In this document: positions 10,093 to 21,839 of the stretch, piece by piece
Layout of the letters: the number at the start of each line of letters is the position of its first letter
How positions within the stretch are numbered: position 1 is the first letter of the stretch
Origin: an uncultured Chloroflexia bacterium
GTDB taxonomy: Bacteria > Chloroflexota > Limnocylindria > Limnocylindrales > CSP1-4
Direction of reading: 5' to 3'
Assembly (NCBI GenBank): GCA_963797685.1
Contig: CAWCQK010000001.1
Location: forward strand, 199,127 to 263,126
Length of the DNA: 64,000 bases
Made by a program: the position numbers and the translations under genes
Notes under the pieces: model-generated
The model's input: only the letters and a program-made list of their open reading frames with translations
What the model was told of the DNA's origin: nothing
The model's database searches: none

Positions 10093-11463
10093 TCAGACTC
10101 GCGGCAACGAGGCCAGCGCGGCTTCGACCTTCTCCTGGGGGTATTCGTAGTCCTCCAGCGAGCCGTCGAGATAGCGCTCGTAGGCGGACAGGTCGAAGTG
10201 ACCGTGGCCGCACAGGTTGAACAGGATGACCCGTGACTCTCCGGCCTCCTTGGCGGCGAGCGCCTCGTCGACCGCGACCTTGATGGCGTGGGTCGGCTCG
10301 GGTGCCGGCAGGATGCCCTCGGTCCGGGCGAACTGCACGCCCGACGCGAAGCTCGCGCGCTGGTGGACGCTGCGCGCCTCGATCAGGTCGTTGTCCATGA
10401 GCAGGCTGACCAGCGGCGCCATCCCGTGGTAGCGCAGTCCGCCCGCGTGGATCGGCTCGGGGACGAAGTCGTGCCCGAGCGTGTGCATCTTGATGAGCGG
10501 CGTCATCTGCGCGGTGTCGCCGAAGTCGTACGTGTAGCTGCCGCGGGTCAGGCTGGGTGCGGCCTCGGGCTCGGCCGCGATGACGCGGTACTTCTTGCCG
10601 CCCCGGAACGTTCGCCCGAGCCACGGGAACGTGAGGCCCGCGAAGTTCGAGCCGCCGCCGGCACAGGCGATGATGACGTCGGGCTCCTCGCCCGCCATCT
10701 CGAGCTGGGCGATCGACTCCTGGCCGATGACGGTCTGGTGGAGGAGGACGAAGTCGAACACCGAACCAAGTGAGTACTTGGTGCCCGGATGGGTGACGGT
10801 GTCCTCGATCGCCTCGCTGATGGCCAGGCCGAGCGACCCGGTGTGGTCCGGGGTCTCGTCGAGGACCTTGCGTCCGTAGCTGGTGTCCGGACTGGGGCTC
10901 GCGACGATCTCGGAGCCGTATGTCTCCATCAGCGCCCGTCGGTAGGGCTTCTGGTCGTAGCTCGCGCGGACCATGTAGACCTTGACCTCGAGGCCGAAAT
11001 AGGCGCCCGCGAATGCCAGCGCGCTCCCCCACTGCCCGGCGCCGGTCTCGGTCGCGAGCCGGGTGACGCCCTCGTCCTTGTTGTAGAACGCCTGCGCCAG
11101 CGCCGTGTTCGGCTTGTGGCTGCCCGACGGGCTGCCGCCTTCGTACTTGTAGTAGATGTGGGCGGGCGTATCGAGGGCCGCCTCGAGCCGATGCGCCCTG
11201 TACAACGGGCTCGGCCGGTAGAGCCGATACGCGTCCCGGACCGGTTCCGGGATCTCGATCTCGCGGTCGCGGCTGACGACCTGCCCGATCAGCGCCATCG
11301 GGAACAGCGGCGCCAGGTCGTCCGGGCCGATCGGCTGATGCGTCCCCGGATGGAGCGGCGGAGCCGGCGCGACCGGGAGATCGGCCGCGATGTTGTACCA
11401 GGCGCGCGGGATACGGGACTCGTCGAGGACGAACTTGGTCTGCCGGGGATCCGACGGCGCCAT
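10093..11463 (-). CDS. trpB: tryptophan synthase beta chain, TrpB2 type
   Basis: About 456 aa from MAPSDPRQTKFVLDE... AGGAGG RBS 7 nt upstream of the ATG at about 11463. PLP-lysine region (HKPNTAL), GGGSNFAG and TrpB2-specific insertions. Confidence 0.85.
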   Translation of the reverse strand: MAPSDPRQTKFVLDESRIPRAWYNIAADLPVAPAPPLHPGTHQPIGPDDLAPLFPMALIGQVVSRDREIEIPEPVRDAYRLYRPSPLYRAHRLEAALDTPAHIYYKYEGGSPSGSHKPNTALAQAFYNKDEGVTRLATETGAGQWGSALAFAGAYFGLEVKVYMVRASYDQKPYRRALMETYGSEIVASPSPDTSYGRKVLDETPDHTGSLGLAISEAIEDTVTHPGTKYSLGSVFDFVLLHQTVIGQESIAQLEMAGEEPDVIIACAGGGSNFAGLTFPWLGRTFRGGKKYRVIAAEPEAAPSLTRGSYTYDFGDTAQMTPLIKMHTLGHDFVPEPIHAGGLRYHGMAPLVSLLMDNDLIEARSVHQRASFASGVQFARTEGILPAPEPTHAIKVAVDEALAAKEAGESRVILFNLCGHGHFDLSAYERYLDGSLEDYEYPQEKVEAALASLPRV

Positions 11464-12171
11464 GGGAGCCCTCCTGGTGTGGTGACGGATGCGCGACCGG
11501 TGCGTGGGGCCGGGACGGGAGCCTAGCGCGCCGCGCGCCGGGTGTGCAACCGAGGTCCCGTGGAATGGTGCTTCGGCGGCGAGCCGGCCCGCGCGGCGTG
11601 GTGGCCGCCGTTGTGGCTCGGGCGGATGCGGCTTGTGGCCAGGCGGCTTGTGATGGCCGTGGCCGGGCTTCGGTCCGTGCGCGTGTGGCGGCCTGTCGTG
11701 CGACTTCGGTGGCTTGGCGATCGGCGGCGGGACAGGCGGTGGCTTGGCAGGCACGGGCGGTTGCGGGCCGGTCCGGGGCGTCCCACCGGTCGGGTGGGCG
11801 ACCACGACGACGATGCCGCCGCCACCTGCCGCCGTCTGGGGTGCCACGGCCGGAGCGGTCGGCGGCCGGGTCGGAGTCGGCTTGGTCGGCGGCGTGGGCG
11901 TCGGTATCGGCGTCGGCGTCGGCGTCACGGGCGGCGTGCTCGCCGGAGGTTCGCTGGCGGGCGGTGTCGGCGTCGGGCGGGGGGTCGGCTCGGGACGTGT
12001 GATCGAGGGCGTCGGCGTCGGCAGCGCGATGGCCACAGGTGCCGTGGGACCGGCCGCGATCTGGTTCGATGCTGGCAGCCCGGCGATGCCAAAGCCGAGC
12101 GCGACGCCCGCCAGCACCAGGTTGACGACGCCCAGCGCGACGACCAGACGGAGGCGCTGTGCGGCGGTCAC
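11464..12171 (-). CDS. Pro/Thr-rich, His-rich membrane-anchored low-complexity region in frame with and upstream of trpB2 (separate gene or N-terminal extension unresolved)
   Basis: N-terminal TM helix (LRLVVALGVVNLVLAGVALGFGIAG), then PTPTP-rich linker and a HAHGPKPGHGHHKPPGHKPH stretch. No stop before trpB2. The last about 50 codons look like Arg-rich read-through. Confidence 0.3.
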
Positions 12172-12262
12172 TCGGGTCCGGAGCCTCCTCGTTTCGGGGC
12201 AGCCTCACGACCCGCCCCCTTCGGCGATGGTAGCACCGCGGCCCGATCCGGCCCGGTCGCGG

Positions 12263-12886
12263 TCAGCCCAGGTCGACCGTCTCGATCGGCTCGTAGCGCG
12301 CCGGGCCTCCGCCCGTCAGGCTCTCGAACAGGCCGATCCGCTCCGCCCGGAACCGGGCGTGGAAGTCCGCGGCAGCGGACACCAGCCGCTCGCCGATCGC
12401 TGCGCCCGCCGGGACGCCATCGGAACGGGCGAGCGTCAAGTGGGCGCGGAACGTCTTCTCGTCAAGCGCCCACCCGGCGGCGACCAGCGCCCGATCAACC
12501 TCGCGGGCGAGCGTCACGAGTCGGTCCTCGCCCTCACGCAACCCGAGCCACAGGGCGCGCGGTCGTGCGAACGGCGGGAATGTCCCGGCGCCACCGATCG
12601 AGACGTCGAACGCATCGACGGCCGCGGCCGCCGCGAGGACCGCGTCACGCGCGGCGTCCACCCGGTCCTCGGTGGTCGGCCCGATGAACCGCAGCGTGAG
12701 ATGGAGGCCGTCGAGCCGGACCCAGCGGACGTCGCGACCCCCACCCGGGACACCGTCGCGACGGACAGTCTCGACGAGCGCGGCGACCCTGGCCGTGGTC
12801 TCGGGCGGGAGAGGGACGGCGACGAACAGCCGCCGGCCGGGCAGATCTGCTCCGGGCCAGCGTGGTCGATGGCCTGTCGCCGTCAC
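12263..12886 (-). CDS. thpR: RNA 2',3'-cyclic phosphodiesterase (ThpR/LigT, 2H phosphoesterase)
   Basis: Two H-x-T-x motifs (HLTLRF and HLTLAR). The GTG start overlaps the ppa stop (GTGA). Confidence 0.7.
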   Translation of the reverse strand: MTATGHRPRWPGADLPGRRLFVAVPLPPETTARVAALVETVRRDGVPGGGRDVRWVRLDGLHLTLRFIGPTTEDRVDAARDAVLAAAAAVDAFDVSIGGAGTFPPFARPRALWLGLREGEDRLVTLAREVDRALVAAGWALDEKTFRAHLTLARSDGVPAGAAIGERLVSAAADFHARFRAERIGLFESLTGGGPARYEPIETVDLG

Positions 12887-13413
12887 GCCGGCGGGTCGGT
12901 CGGCTCGCCGGCCTCGAGATCCCAGGCGGCCCGGTCGGCGCGCAGCACCTCGAGCGCCCGATCGCGATCGCGCCAGCCGAGGACCTCGACGGTCTTGTCC
13001 TCGAGCGCCTTGTACGTCTGGAAGAACTGCTCGATCTCGACCAGGCGATGCGGTCGGACCTGGTCGAGTCCAAGGATGTGCTGCTGGTGCGCATCGCCGA
13101 TGGCGACGCACAGAACCTTGAAGTCGAAGCCCTTCTCGTCGTGCATCTCGAGGCCGCCGATCGGACGCGCCCAGACGTGGCAGCCCGTGAACGTCGGCTC
13201 GTCGATGATCAGCAAGGCGTCGGTGTGGTCGCCATCGCCGGCGCGGGTGCCCTCGATGAAGCCGTAGTCGAAGTTGTAGTACACGGCACTCGACAGGACC
13301 CGATCGAGGCGGAACACCTGCGTCGCCTCGTCGTACTCGTACTTGTTGCGGCTGCCACGCGGGATCTCGACCACGATCTCGATGACGTCGGGGAACGGCC
13401 CGGGACTCTGCAC
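12883..13413 (-). CDS. ppa: inorganic pyrophosphatase
   Basis: 176 aa family-I PPase: EIPRGSRNKYEYD, DGDHTDAL, signature residues throughout. GTG start. Confidence 0.9.
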   Translation of the reverse strand: MQSPGPFPDVIEIVVEIPRGSRNKYEYDEATQVFRLDRVLSSAVYYNFDYGFIEGTRAGDGDHTDALLIIDEPTFTGCHVWARPIGGLEMHDEKGFDFKVLCVAIGDAHQQHILGLDQVRPHRLVEIEQFFQTYKALEDKTVEVLGWRDRDRALEVLRADRAAWDLEAGEPTDPPA

Positions 13414-13475
13414 CGGGTCAGTCTAGACGCGCAAGGCAGCGCGACGCGGCGATGGCGCCCGATCCGCCACTCGCC

Positions 13476-14598
13476 TCAGTCGTTGTAGAGCCGCTCCTCG
13501 ATGAGCTTTTCCTGGACCGTGCGCCCGTTCGGATCGAAGCAGCTGAACTCGAAGTGCTTCTCGAACTCGAGGTCGACGTTGTCCTGGCCGCCGCGGTTCT
13601 TCTCGACCGACACGATGACCCAGTCGCGGAAGCGCTGCGCCTGGTACGGGTTGAACTCGATGTTGACCTTGGCGACGATGTGGTACTTCTCGTTGAGGAT
13701 GAGGATGATGTCGGCCTCGTAGTTGATGGCCGACGAGCCGCGCAGGTGGAAGTTGCGCAGCCGCGACGCCTTGAGGCCTTCCTTGTCGGCCGCCACGATC
13801 GCAGACCATCGGCACGTCCTCGGCGAGGGCGATGTCCTTGAGCCCGTTGACGAGGTAGGTGACCTTCTCGGTCTCGTTCTCCGGCTCCGGGATCTGCGGC
13901 ACCTTCTGCAGGTAGTCGACGAAGACGACCAGCCGCCGATCACCGGACAGGCGGGCGGTGCTCCTGGACGAGCTTGCGGATGTTCTCGATCGTGCTCGCG
14001 GTCTGCGAGCCGCGCATCAGGAACAGGTTCTGGCCGTAACGCGCGATGCGGTCCATGGACGGGCGGAGGCGCGGGTTGTTGGCCATCTGGGCGGTCGCCT
14101 CGCCCTCGGCCATCCACGTCCCGAGGATCTCCTTGCGGACGTCCTGGATCTTGATCGCGCCGGTCTTGTGCGGGCAGGTGGGCGAGGGCCGACTCCATCG
14201 CGATCAGACGGTTGAGCAGGTACTGCTCGTCGTGCTCGAAGCAGATGTACAGGACGTTGGCCTGGCCGCCCGACGCGACGTTGCGCGCCATCTGGAGTGC
14301 CATCGTCGTCTTGCCGGTGCCCTGCGCACCGCCGATCAGCAGCAGCTCGCCCGGTCCGCAGACCGCTGCCGATCGTCTTGTCGAGCGGCGTGAACCCGAG
14401 CGGGACAGGCTGGTACTCGGCGACGTTCCCGCTGGTGACCTTGTCGTTGAGGTCGACCAGCACGTCGAGGGCAGACCGCGGCACGAGGCTGCCGGTATCT
14501 GCGTCAAGGCGCCAAGCAGGCGGCTGGGCGCCGGCCGGCCGCGCCGCGCCGACCGGCGGCTCGGCGTTGGACGGCGTTTCGGGTGCGTCAGTGGCCAC
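13476..14598 (-). CDS. DnaB C-terminal-domain-like RecA-fold ATPase without a DnaB N-terminal domain; needs at least 4 frame corrections
   Basis: Stitching three minus frames gives MATDAPET...GELLLIGGAQGTGKTTMALQMA (Walker A), ...KIQDVRKEILGTWMAEGEATAQMANNPRL..., ...LVVFVDYLQ (DnaB-like Walker B / H3) and ...RNFHLRGSSAINYEADIILIL.... Shifts at about 14355, 14190, 14000 and 13800. Confidence 0.55.
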
Positions 14599-14708
14599 GG
14601 GTCAGGATCCTCCCCGGACGGATGCAGTCGCCGTAGCGTAGCACCCGGAAGGGTGCGAATCACTCACCCGAACCCACCAAATCCACACAGCCCGCTCGGT
14701 GACGGCGG

Positions 14709-16124
14709 TCAACGCGGGAGGTCGATCAGCTCGTCGAACATCCGCGCGAACGTCCGGATGCCGGTCTCGTAGTTGTCGAGGCCCATCCATTCGTTCGGAG
14801 CGTGGGCGTTCTCGTCCGGCGGCGTGATCCCGAGGAGGACGACCGGCAGCCCCAGGATCGTGGCGAAGCTGGCGGCGACCGGGATCGAGCCGCCTTCGCG
14901 GATGTAGACCGGTGCCCTGCCGAAGGTCGCCTCGATCGCCCGGGCCGCCGCCTGCGTCAGCGGGTGGTCCATCGGCGTCAGGCTGGGATGCCCGCCACCG
15001 AGATCGGTCGCGGTGACGGTCACACCGGGCGGAGCGACCTCCGCCACGAACGCCCGGAACGCCTCGAAGATCCGGTCGGGATCCTGGGCGGCCACCAGCC
15101 GGCAGCTGACCTTGGCATGGGCGTGGGCCGGGATGATCGTCTTCGTCCCGTCGCCCGGCGAAGCCGCCCCACAGGCCGTTGACGTCGAGGGTCGGGCGGA
15201 TCGAGCGGCGCTCGAGCGTGGTGTAGTCCGACCTCGCCGACCAGCGCCGGGCAGGCCGAGCTTCTCCTGGTACTCCGCCTCGTCGAACGGCAGCGCGGCA
15301 AGCGCAGCGCGGTCGGCGTCGGACAGCGGGATCACGTCGTCGTAGAAGCCTGGGATCCGGATCCGGCCGTCCGGGCCCTTGAGGGCGGCGAGGATCGTGG
15401 CCAGCGCGTTGGCGGGGTTCTGGACCGCTCCGCCGTAGCCGCCCGAGTGCAGGTCGACGGCGGTCCCGACCACGTCGATCTGCGCATACATGATCCCGCG
15501 CAGGCTGAGCGTGATGGCCGGCAGGTTGCCCTCGAAGAAGCCCGAGTCGCTGATGATCGCGGCGTCCGCGCTGAGCCGGTCGCGGTTGTCGGCGAGCCAG
15601 CGGTCGAGGTTCGCCGAGCTCGACTCCTCCTCGCCCTCGAACAGGTACTTGACGTTGACCGGGAAGCGGCCGGCCGTCGCCATGATCGCCCCGGCCGCCA
15701 TCACGTGAGCGTGAACCTGGCCCTTGTCGTCGGCCGCGCCGCGGGCCAGGATCCGGTCGCCGACGACCACGGGCTCGAACGGCGGCGACGTCCACAGGTC
15801 GAGCGGATCGACCGGCTGGACGTCGTAGTGGCCGTAGACGATCACTGTCGGGGCGTCGGGCGCGTGCAGCCAGTCCGCGTAGACGACCGGATGGCCGCCG
15901 GTCTCGAACGCCTCGGCGTGCTCGACGCCGGCGGCTGTCAGCGCATCGACCAGCCACTCCGCGGCGCGGCGGCAGTCGGCCGCGTGGGCGGGCATGCCCG
16001 AGATGCTCGGGATGCGCAGGAACTCCTTGTACGACTCGATCCGCTCGTGGTGGGTCGCCTCGAGATGGGCGGCAAGGGCATCGACGGGCGTGTCGGTGGT
16101 CGGGGCGGCGTGGGTGTCAGGCAT
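14709..16124 (-). CDS. M20 family metallopeptidase (dipeptidase/desuccinylase-like)
   Basis: 471 aa. HYDVQP, ARGAADDKG and EGEEE metal-ligand motifs. A stretch near 15150-15270 needs three single-base insertions removed (net in-frame) to read ...[41 protein letters not shown].... Confidence 0.75.
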   Translation of the reverse strand: MPDTHAAPTTDTPVDALAAHLEATHHERIESYKEFLRIPSISGMPAHAADCRRAAEWLVDALTAAGVEHAEAFETGGHPVVYADWLHAPDAPTVIVYGHYDVQPVDPLDLWTSPPFEPVVVGDRILARGAADDKGQVHAHVMAAGAIMATAGRFPVNVKYLFEGEEESSSANLDRWLADNRDRLSADAAIISDSGFFEGNLPAITLSLRGIMYAQIDVVGTAVDLHSGGYGGAVQNPANALATILAALKGPDGRIRIPGFYDDVIPLSDADRAALAALPFDEAEYQEKLGLPGAGRRGRTTPRSSAARSARPSTSTACGAASPGDGTKTIIPAHAHAKVSCRLVAAQDPDRIFEAFRAFVAEVAPPGVTVTATDLGGGHPSLTPMDHPLTQAAARAIEATFGRAPVYIREGGSIPVAASFATILGLPVVLLGITPPDENAHAPNEWMGLDNYETGIRTFARMFDELIDLPR

Positions 16125-16214
16125 GGTCCGATTGTACGGGGCGGGCCGACCCGGACGCGAAACGAGCGGACCGTCTCCGGTCCGCTCGTCGGTGTAGCTG
16201 GGTAGAGGCCTGGA

Positions 16215-18127
<1,913 letters not shown>

Positions 18128-18335
18128 GAGGAGCCTCCGGGGTCGAGCAGGCGACGGTCGTGCGTCGCCAGTGGCGCGAGTATAGCGTCGAGTCCTGAGG
18201 ACGCCCCGTGACGGAGGTCCTGGGTCTCATCACAGCTGTACGGACGCGGGGCACGACCGGATGGTTGCGCGCCGCCAGGTGAAGGATTCGATACGGCCCT
18301 CCGCATCGGGAGGGCCGTATCGTCACGATCGAGGG

Positions 18336-18410
18336 TGGTAGCGGAGGGCGGATTTGAACCACCGACCAAGGGCTTATGAGTCCCCTGCTCTACCACTGAG
18401 CTACTCCGCC
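18336..18410 (-). tRNA. tRNA-Met (CAT anticodon), elongator-type
   Basis: The reverse complement folds as a cloverleaf: acceptor GGCGGAG/CTCCGCT, D-arm GCTC-AGTGGTA-GAGC, anticodon loop CTCATAA, T-arm GGTGG-TTCAAAT-CCGCC, encoded CCA. The 1:72 G-U pair argues against an initiator. Confidence 0.8.
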
Positions 18411-18522
18411 ATGCGCCGATTCTAGCGTACCGGGCGACCTCGTCCGCTTGCGGGAGCCCGTCCCGTCCCCGGGATGGAGCGGAGCCGCGACTCCGCCGAG
18501 GCATCCCGGATAGCATCCCGTC

Positions 18523-19725
18523 GTGGCGATCCGACCTTCCTCCCGATCTGCGCTGGCGGCGATCCTCGGCTGTGCCTCCTTGTTGCTGGTCGGCTGGACG
18601 GGCCTCCTGGTCCCATCGCTGATCCGCTCGATCGAGAACGATTTCGGCGCGACCGATGCCGCCATCGGCATCTTCTTCTTCGTCAATTCGATCGCCTACG
18701 CGAGCGGATCGGTGGTCGGTGGCCTGCTGATCGAGCGGTTCGGGCGGCGCGTGATCCTGCCGCTCGGGGTCGGCCTGATCGTGATCGGCATGATCGGGAT
18801 GGCCAGCGTTCCGACGATCGCTGCGTTCGTGGCATTCGGGATCCCACGGGGGCTCGGTGGCGGCGCGATCGATGGTGGCGTCAACGGCCTCATCCTCGAT
18901 CTCTATCCGACCAGTCGCGGCCGTGCACTCAACCTGCTCCACCTGTTCTTCAGTCTCGGGGCGTTCGCCTCGCCGCTCGTCGTCGGGCGACTGATCGAGG
19001 GGGGCGCGTCGTGGCAGGCCGTGATGATCGGGACCGGAGTGGCGTCGGTCCCGTTGGCGATCCTGTTGGCAGCCGCAGATCTCCCGTCCGGGCATCACGC
19101 TCGGAGTCCGAACCGGTCCGGGCCGCGGATCACGTTCGCCTTGCCGTTGATCGCGCTCGCGGTCGCCATCGCCTGCTATGTCGCCTCCGAGGTCGGCGTC
19201 TCGGACTGGCTGGTCCGCTTCCTCGCCGACGCATCCGTCGGGCTCGCCACCGCGGCCCTTGCCGCATTCTGGGGATGCCTGACGCTGGGCCGGATCGTCA
19301 GCGCCGTGATCGCGGACCGGTTCGACCATGCCGCGTTCGCCGCCATCGCGTCGCTCGCGGCCGCGATCGCACTCGTCGGCGCGATCCTCGTCCCGTCCCT
19401 GCCGGCCTCGATCGTCCTGTTCGGCGTGGTCGGCTTCGCGTTCGGCCCCGTCTATCCGCTGATCATGGCCGTCGCCGGGGACCACTTTCCGGGACGAACG
19501 GCCGCGGTCGCTGGTTTCCTCGCCGCTGCCTCCGTGATCGGAGCAGTCATCTATCCGCCGCTGATGGGGTTCATGTCGGTCGGCGTCGGCCTGGGCGTCG
19601 CGATGGGCGGCACGGCCGTCCTCTCCCTGGTCTGCGCGATCGTCCTCGCGCTCTTCAGGCGGCGCTCCAGCTGGGCCGCCGTCCCGGCTGTCGCCCCGGC
19701 CTCCGGTCCGATCGCCGCGGAGTAG
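18523..19725 (+). CDS. MFS transporter
   Basis: 400 aa. 12 predicted TM helices and MFS motif-like loops (GRRVILPLG...). Divergent from the tRNA/ftsH. Confidence 0.7.
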   Translation: MAIRPSSRSALAAILGCASLLLVGWTGLLVPSLIRSIENDFGATDAAIGIFFFVNSIAYASGSVVGGLLIERFGRRVILPLGVGLIVIGMIGMASVPTIAAFVAFGIPRGLGGGAIDGGVNGLILDLYPTSRGRALNLLHLFFSLGAFASPLVVGRLIEGGASWQAVMIGTGVASVPLAILLAAADLPSGHHARSPNRSGPRITFALPLIALAVAIACYVASEVGVSDWLVRFLADASVGLATAALAAFWGCLTLGRIVSAVIADRFDHAAFAAIASLAAAIALVGAILVPSLPASIVLFGVVGFAFGPVYPLIMAVAGDHFPGRTAAVAGFLAAASVIGAVIYPPLMGFMSVGVGLGVAMGGTAVLSLVCAIVLALFRRRSSWAAVPAVAPASGPIAAE

Positions 19726-19735
19726 CCGAGGCAGG

Positions 19736-20518
19736 TCACCTCAGATTTGCGGTCGGCCTCTGATCGGCCGGCACGTCGATCCTCGAGATCGCGAGATAGG
19801 CGACGACGACGGCGATACACGCCCCGAACACGACCGCAACGACCGCGTCGCCGATCCCGAGGCCGCCGAGCGTCCCCTTGCCCAGCCAGTCGGCCACCGA
19901 GGCGCCAAGCGGGCGGGTGATGACGTACGCGGCCCAGAAGGTCGCGATCGGGTCCCAGCCCAGGAACCGGTAGCCGATGCCGGGGATCGCGAAGGCGACC
20001 GCGAACAGGAGCGCCGAAGCCGGATAACCGAGCCCAAGTGTGCTCGCGGTCAGGTCGCCCAGGGCCGTGCCGAGGGCGAACGTCGCCATCACCGTCGCCC
20101 AATAGAAGAGCTCTCGTCTCGGCGTGTCGATCGAGTGGATCGAGAGCGTGCCCTCCACCCGGTGCCACGCGAGGAAGACGGCCGCGAGGACGATAGCGAG
20201 CCCCGTCGCGGACACGACATACGGGATGTCCAGCACGACGTGGAGGACATCGGCGACCATCGTCCCGAAGACGGCGACCATCACGACGGCGAGCCAATAG
20301 GTCGGTGCCTTGTACCGGTCCGCCCGAAGCTGGGCCGCCAGCGCGATCGCCAGACCCATCGTCGCCGCGACCACCGCGAGGTACGGGTTGACGTTGAAGA
20401 CGAGGTAGTCGGAGAACGCCTCGCCCATCGCGGTCGACAGCAGCTTGACCACCCAGAACACGATCAGGATCTCGGGAACCTTGAGCCAGGAGGTTCGGAT
20501 CAGCTGGAGGGAACGCAT
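19736..20518 (-). CDS. uncharacterised polytopic membrane protein (DUF)
   Basis: 260 aa. 7-8 hydrophobic helices. Codon usage is consistent with coding. Confidence 0.5.
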   Translation of the reverse strand: MRSLQLIRTSWLKVPEILIVFWVVKLLSTAMGEAFSDYLVFNVNPYLAVVAATMGLAIALAAQLRADRYKAPTYWLAVVMVAVFGTMVADVLHVVLDIPYVVSATGLAIVLAAVFLAWHRVEGTLSIHSIDTPRRELFYWATVMATFALGTALGDLTASTLGLGYPASALLFAVAFAIPGIGYRFLGWDPIATFWAAYVITRPLGASVADWLGKGTLGGLGIGDAVVAVVFGACIAVVVAYLAISRIDVPADQRPTANLR

Positions 20519-20600
20519 CGGGCCGAGTATGGCCCCGCTGCGTCACGCGTCAGTCGATCTGGCCGAGCGATCCATGTCGTGATGCGATGATTGGTGCGTT

Positions 20601-21657
20601 GTGGACACGCTAGCCGCGTCGCCCTCGTTCCTCGCGGTCGCTGACGCCAGGCGACCGAGCATCGGTCGTGCCGTCCTCGGAGCGTTGCTGGTCGCCGGAC
20701 TCTTCGAAGTCTTTGCGCTCGGGGTGAAGGAGTACCGGTCGCTGGGAGACCACGCGCCGTGGATGGACGACCCGTACGACGTCGTGACATCCTTCGCGAT
20801 CTTCCTCATCCCGATCGTGGCCGCGTTCTCGGCCGTCCGGCTGGCCCTGTGTCGGCGTGTCGAGCCACTTCCGTTGAGTCGGGTGATCGACCTCCTGCAC
20901 GGCTGCATCCTGCTCCTGGTCGTCACGCTTCGCATGGGCCGGCTCGGACTGGATCGCCTTGGTCGTCGGAGCAGATCGCGGATCCTGGACGGCGGTGACA
21001 CCAGCCCTTGTCGCCGGCCTTGGCCTCCTGACGCTGATCGCCCTGCTGGCCACTGCCGCGGTGGTCGTCGAAGGCAGCCGGTTGCCTCGACCGGGGGTAG
21101 CCGACCCCGCAGACCCCGACTGGCTCGCCGACGTGACGGCGCTGGCCGGCCGAATCAGCCGTCGCCTCGGTCCGTTTGAGACGGGCATGTCGCGGATCGT
21201 CCGGGTCGTCGATCTTCGCGTGTGGGCGTGGGTCCGTCGGCGACCGATCACGACGGCCGTCTTGGTCGCCGCCGGCTCCGCAGTGCTATTCGCAGTCGGC
21301 GGCCTGCGGGAGAGGTATCCGCCTCCGCTCCTTGCGTTCGTGTTCGTCGTCGCCTGGTGCGGGATGTTCGCTCTGCTGGTCGCCTCAGGGTCATACCTTG
21401 GGGTGGTCCGCTCGTCCGTCCGGATGTCCGCGGCCCGGTGGCGGTCGTTCGACGCCGTGCTGGTCGCGAGTGCCAGCGTGCCGATCGCGCTGGCCTTGCG
21501 GGACCCCCTCTGGTCGATCGTCAGCCCATCGATCGAACGAAGCGGCGTGGCGGACCTTGCCTCGCTCCTGGCGGTCACCGCAGCCTCCGCCGCCGGACTC
21601 ACCCTCCTCATCGAGACCATCGCCCGCGTTCACGAGGATCGAGGCCGAGCGATCTAG
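20601..21657 (+). CDS. hypothetical membrane protein (two track ORFs joined by a probable frameshift near 20950)
   Basis: ORFs 20601..21179 and 20959..21657 both begin with plausible TM-rich sequence and end or start in Arg-rich wrong-frame text. Confidence 0.4.
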
Positions 21658-21839
21658 AAATCGGCAAACGATCTGCCTGAGTTCATCGGCCACTACGATC
21701 GGACTTCCGCCCGAATGCGCGGATCTCGACCGCGCACGGCCACCAAAAACCGATGCGGCCCCGTCGGCGTATCCGACTGCACCGGTGCCACCGAGCCCGA
21801 TCGTCTCGGGCCGCCTCGCACCCGAAGAGAAGAGGTGCC

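Noticed and set aside
10082-12687. Alternative frames over trpB2 and the PT-rich region: 10082..12208- (708 aa), 11542..12687+ and 11714..13267+.
   Set aside because: Arg-rich junk composition. The trpB2 frame has an RBS-supported start and full-length family similarity.
13521-13545. A GTTCG-N3-CGAAG-like motif that could be read as a reversed LexA half-site.
   Set aside because: The orientation is wrong (GTTC...GAAC rather than GAAC...GTTC). It also lies inside the DnaB-CTD-like coding region.
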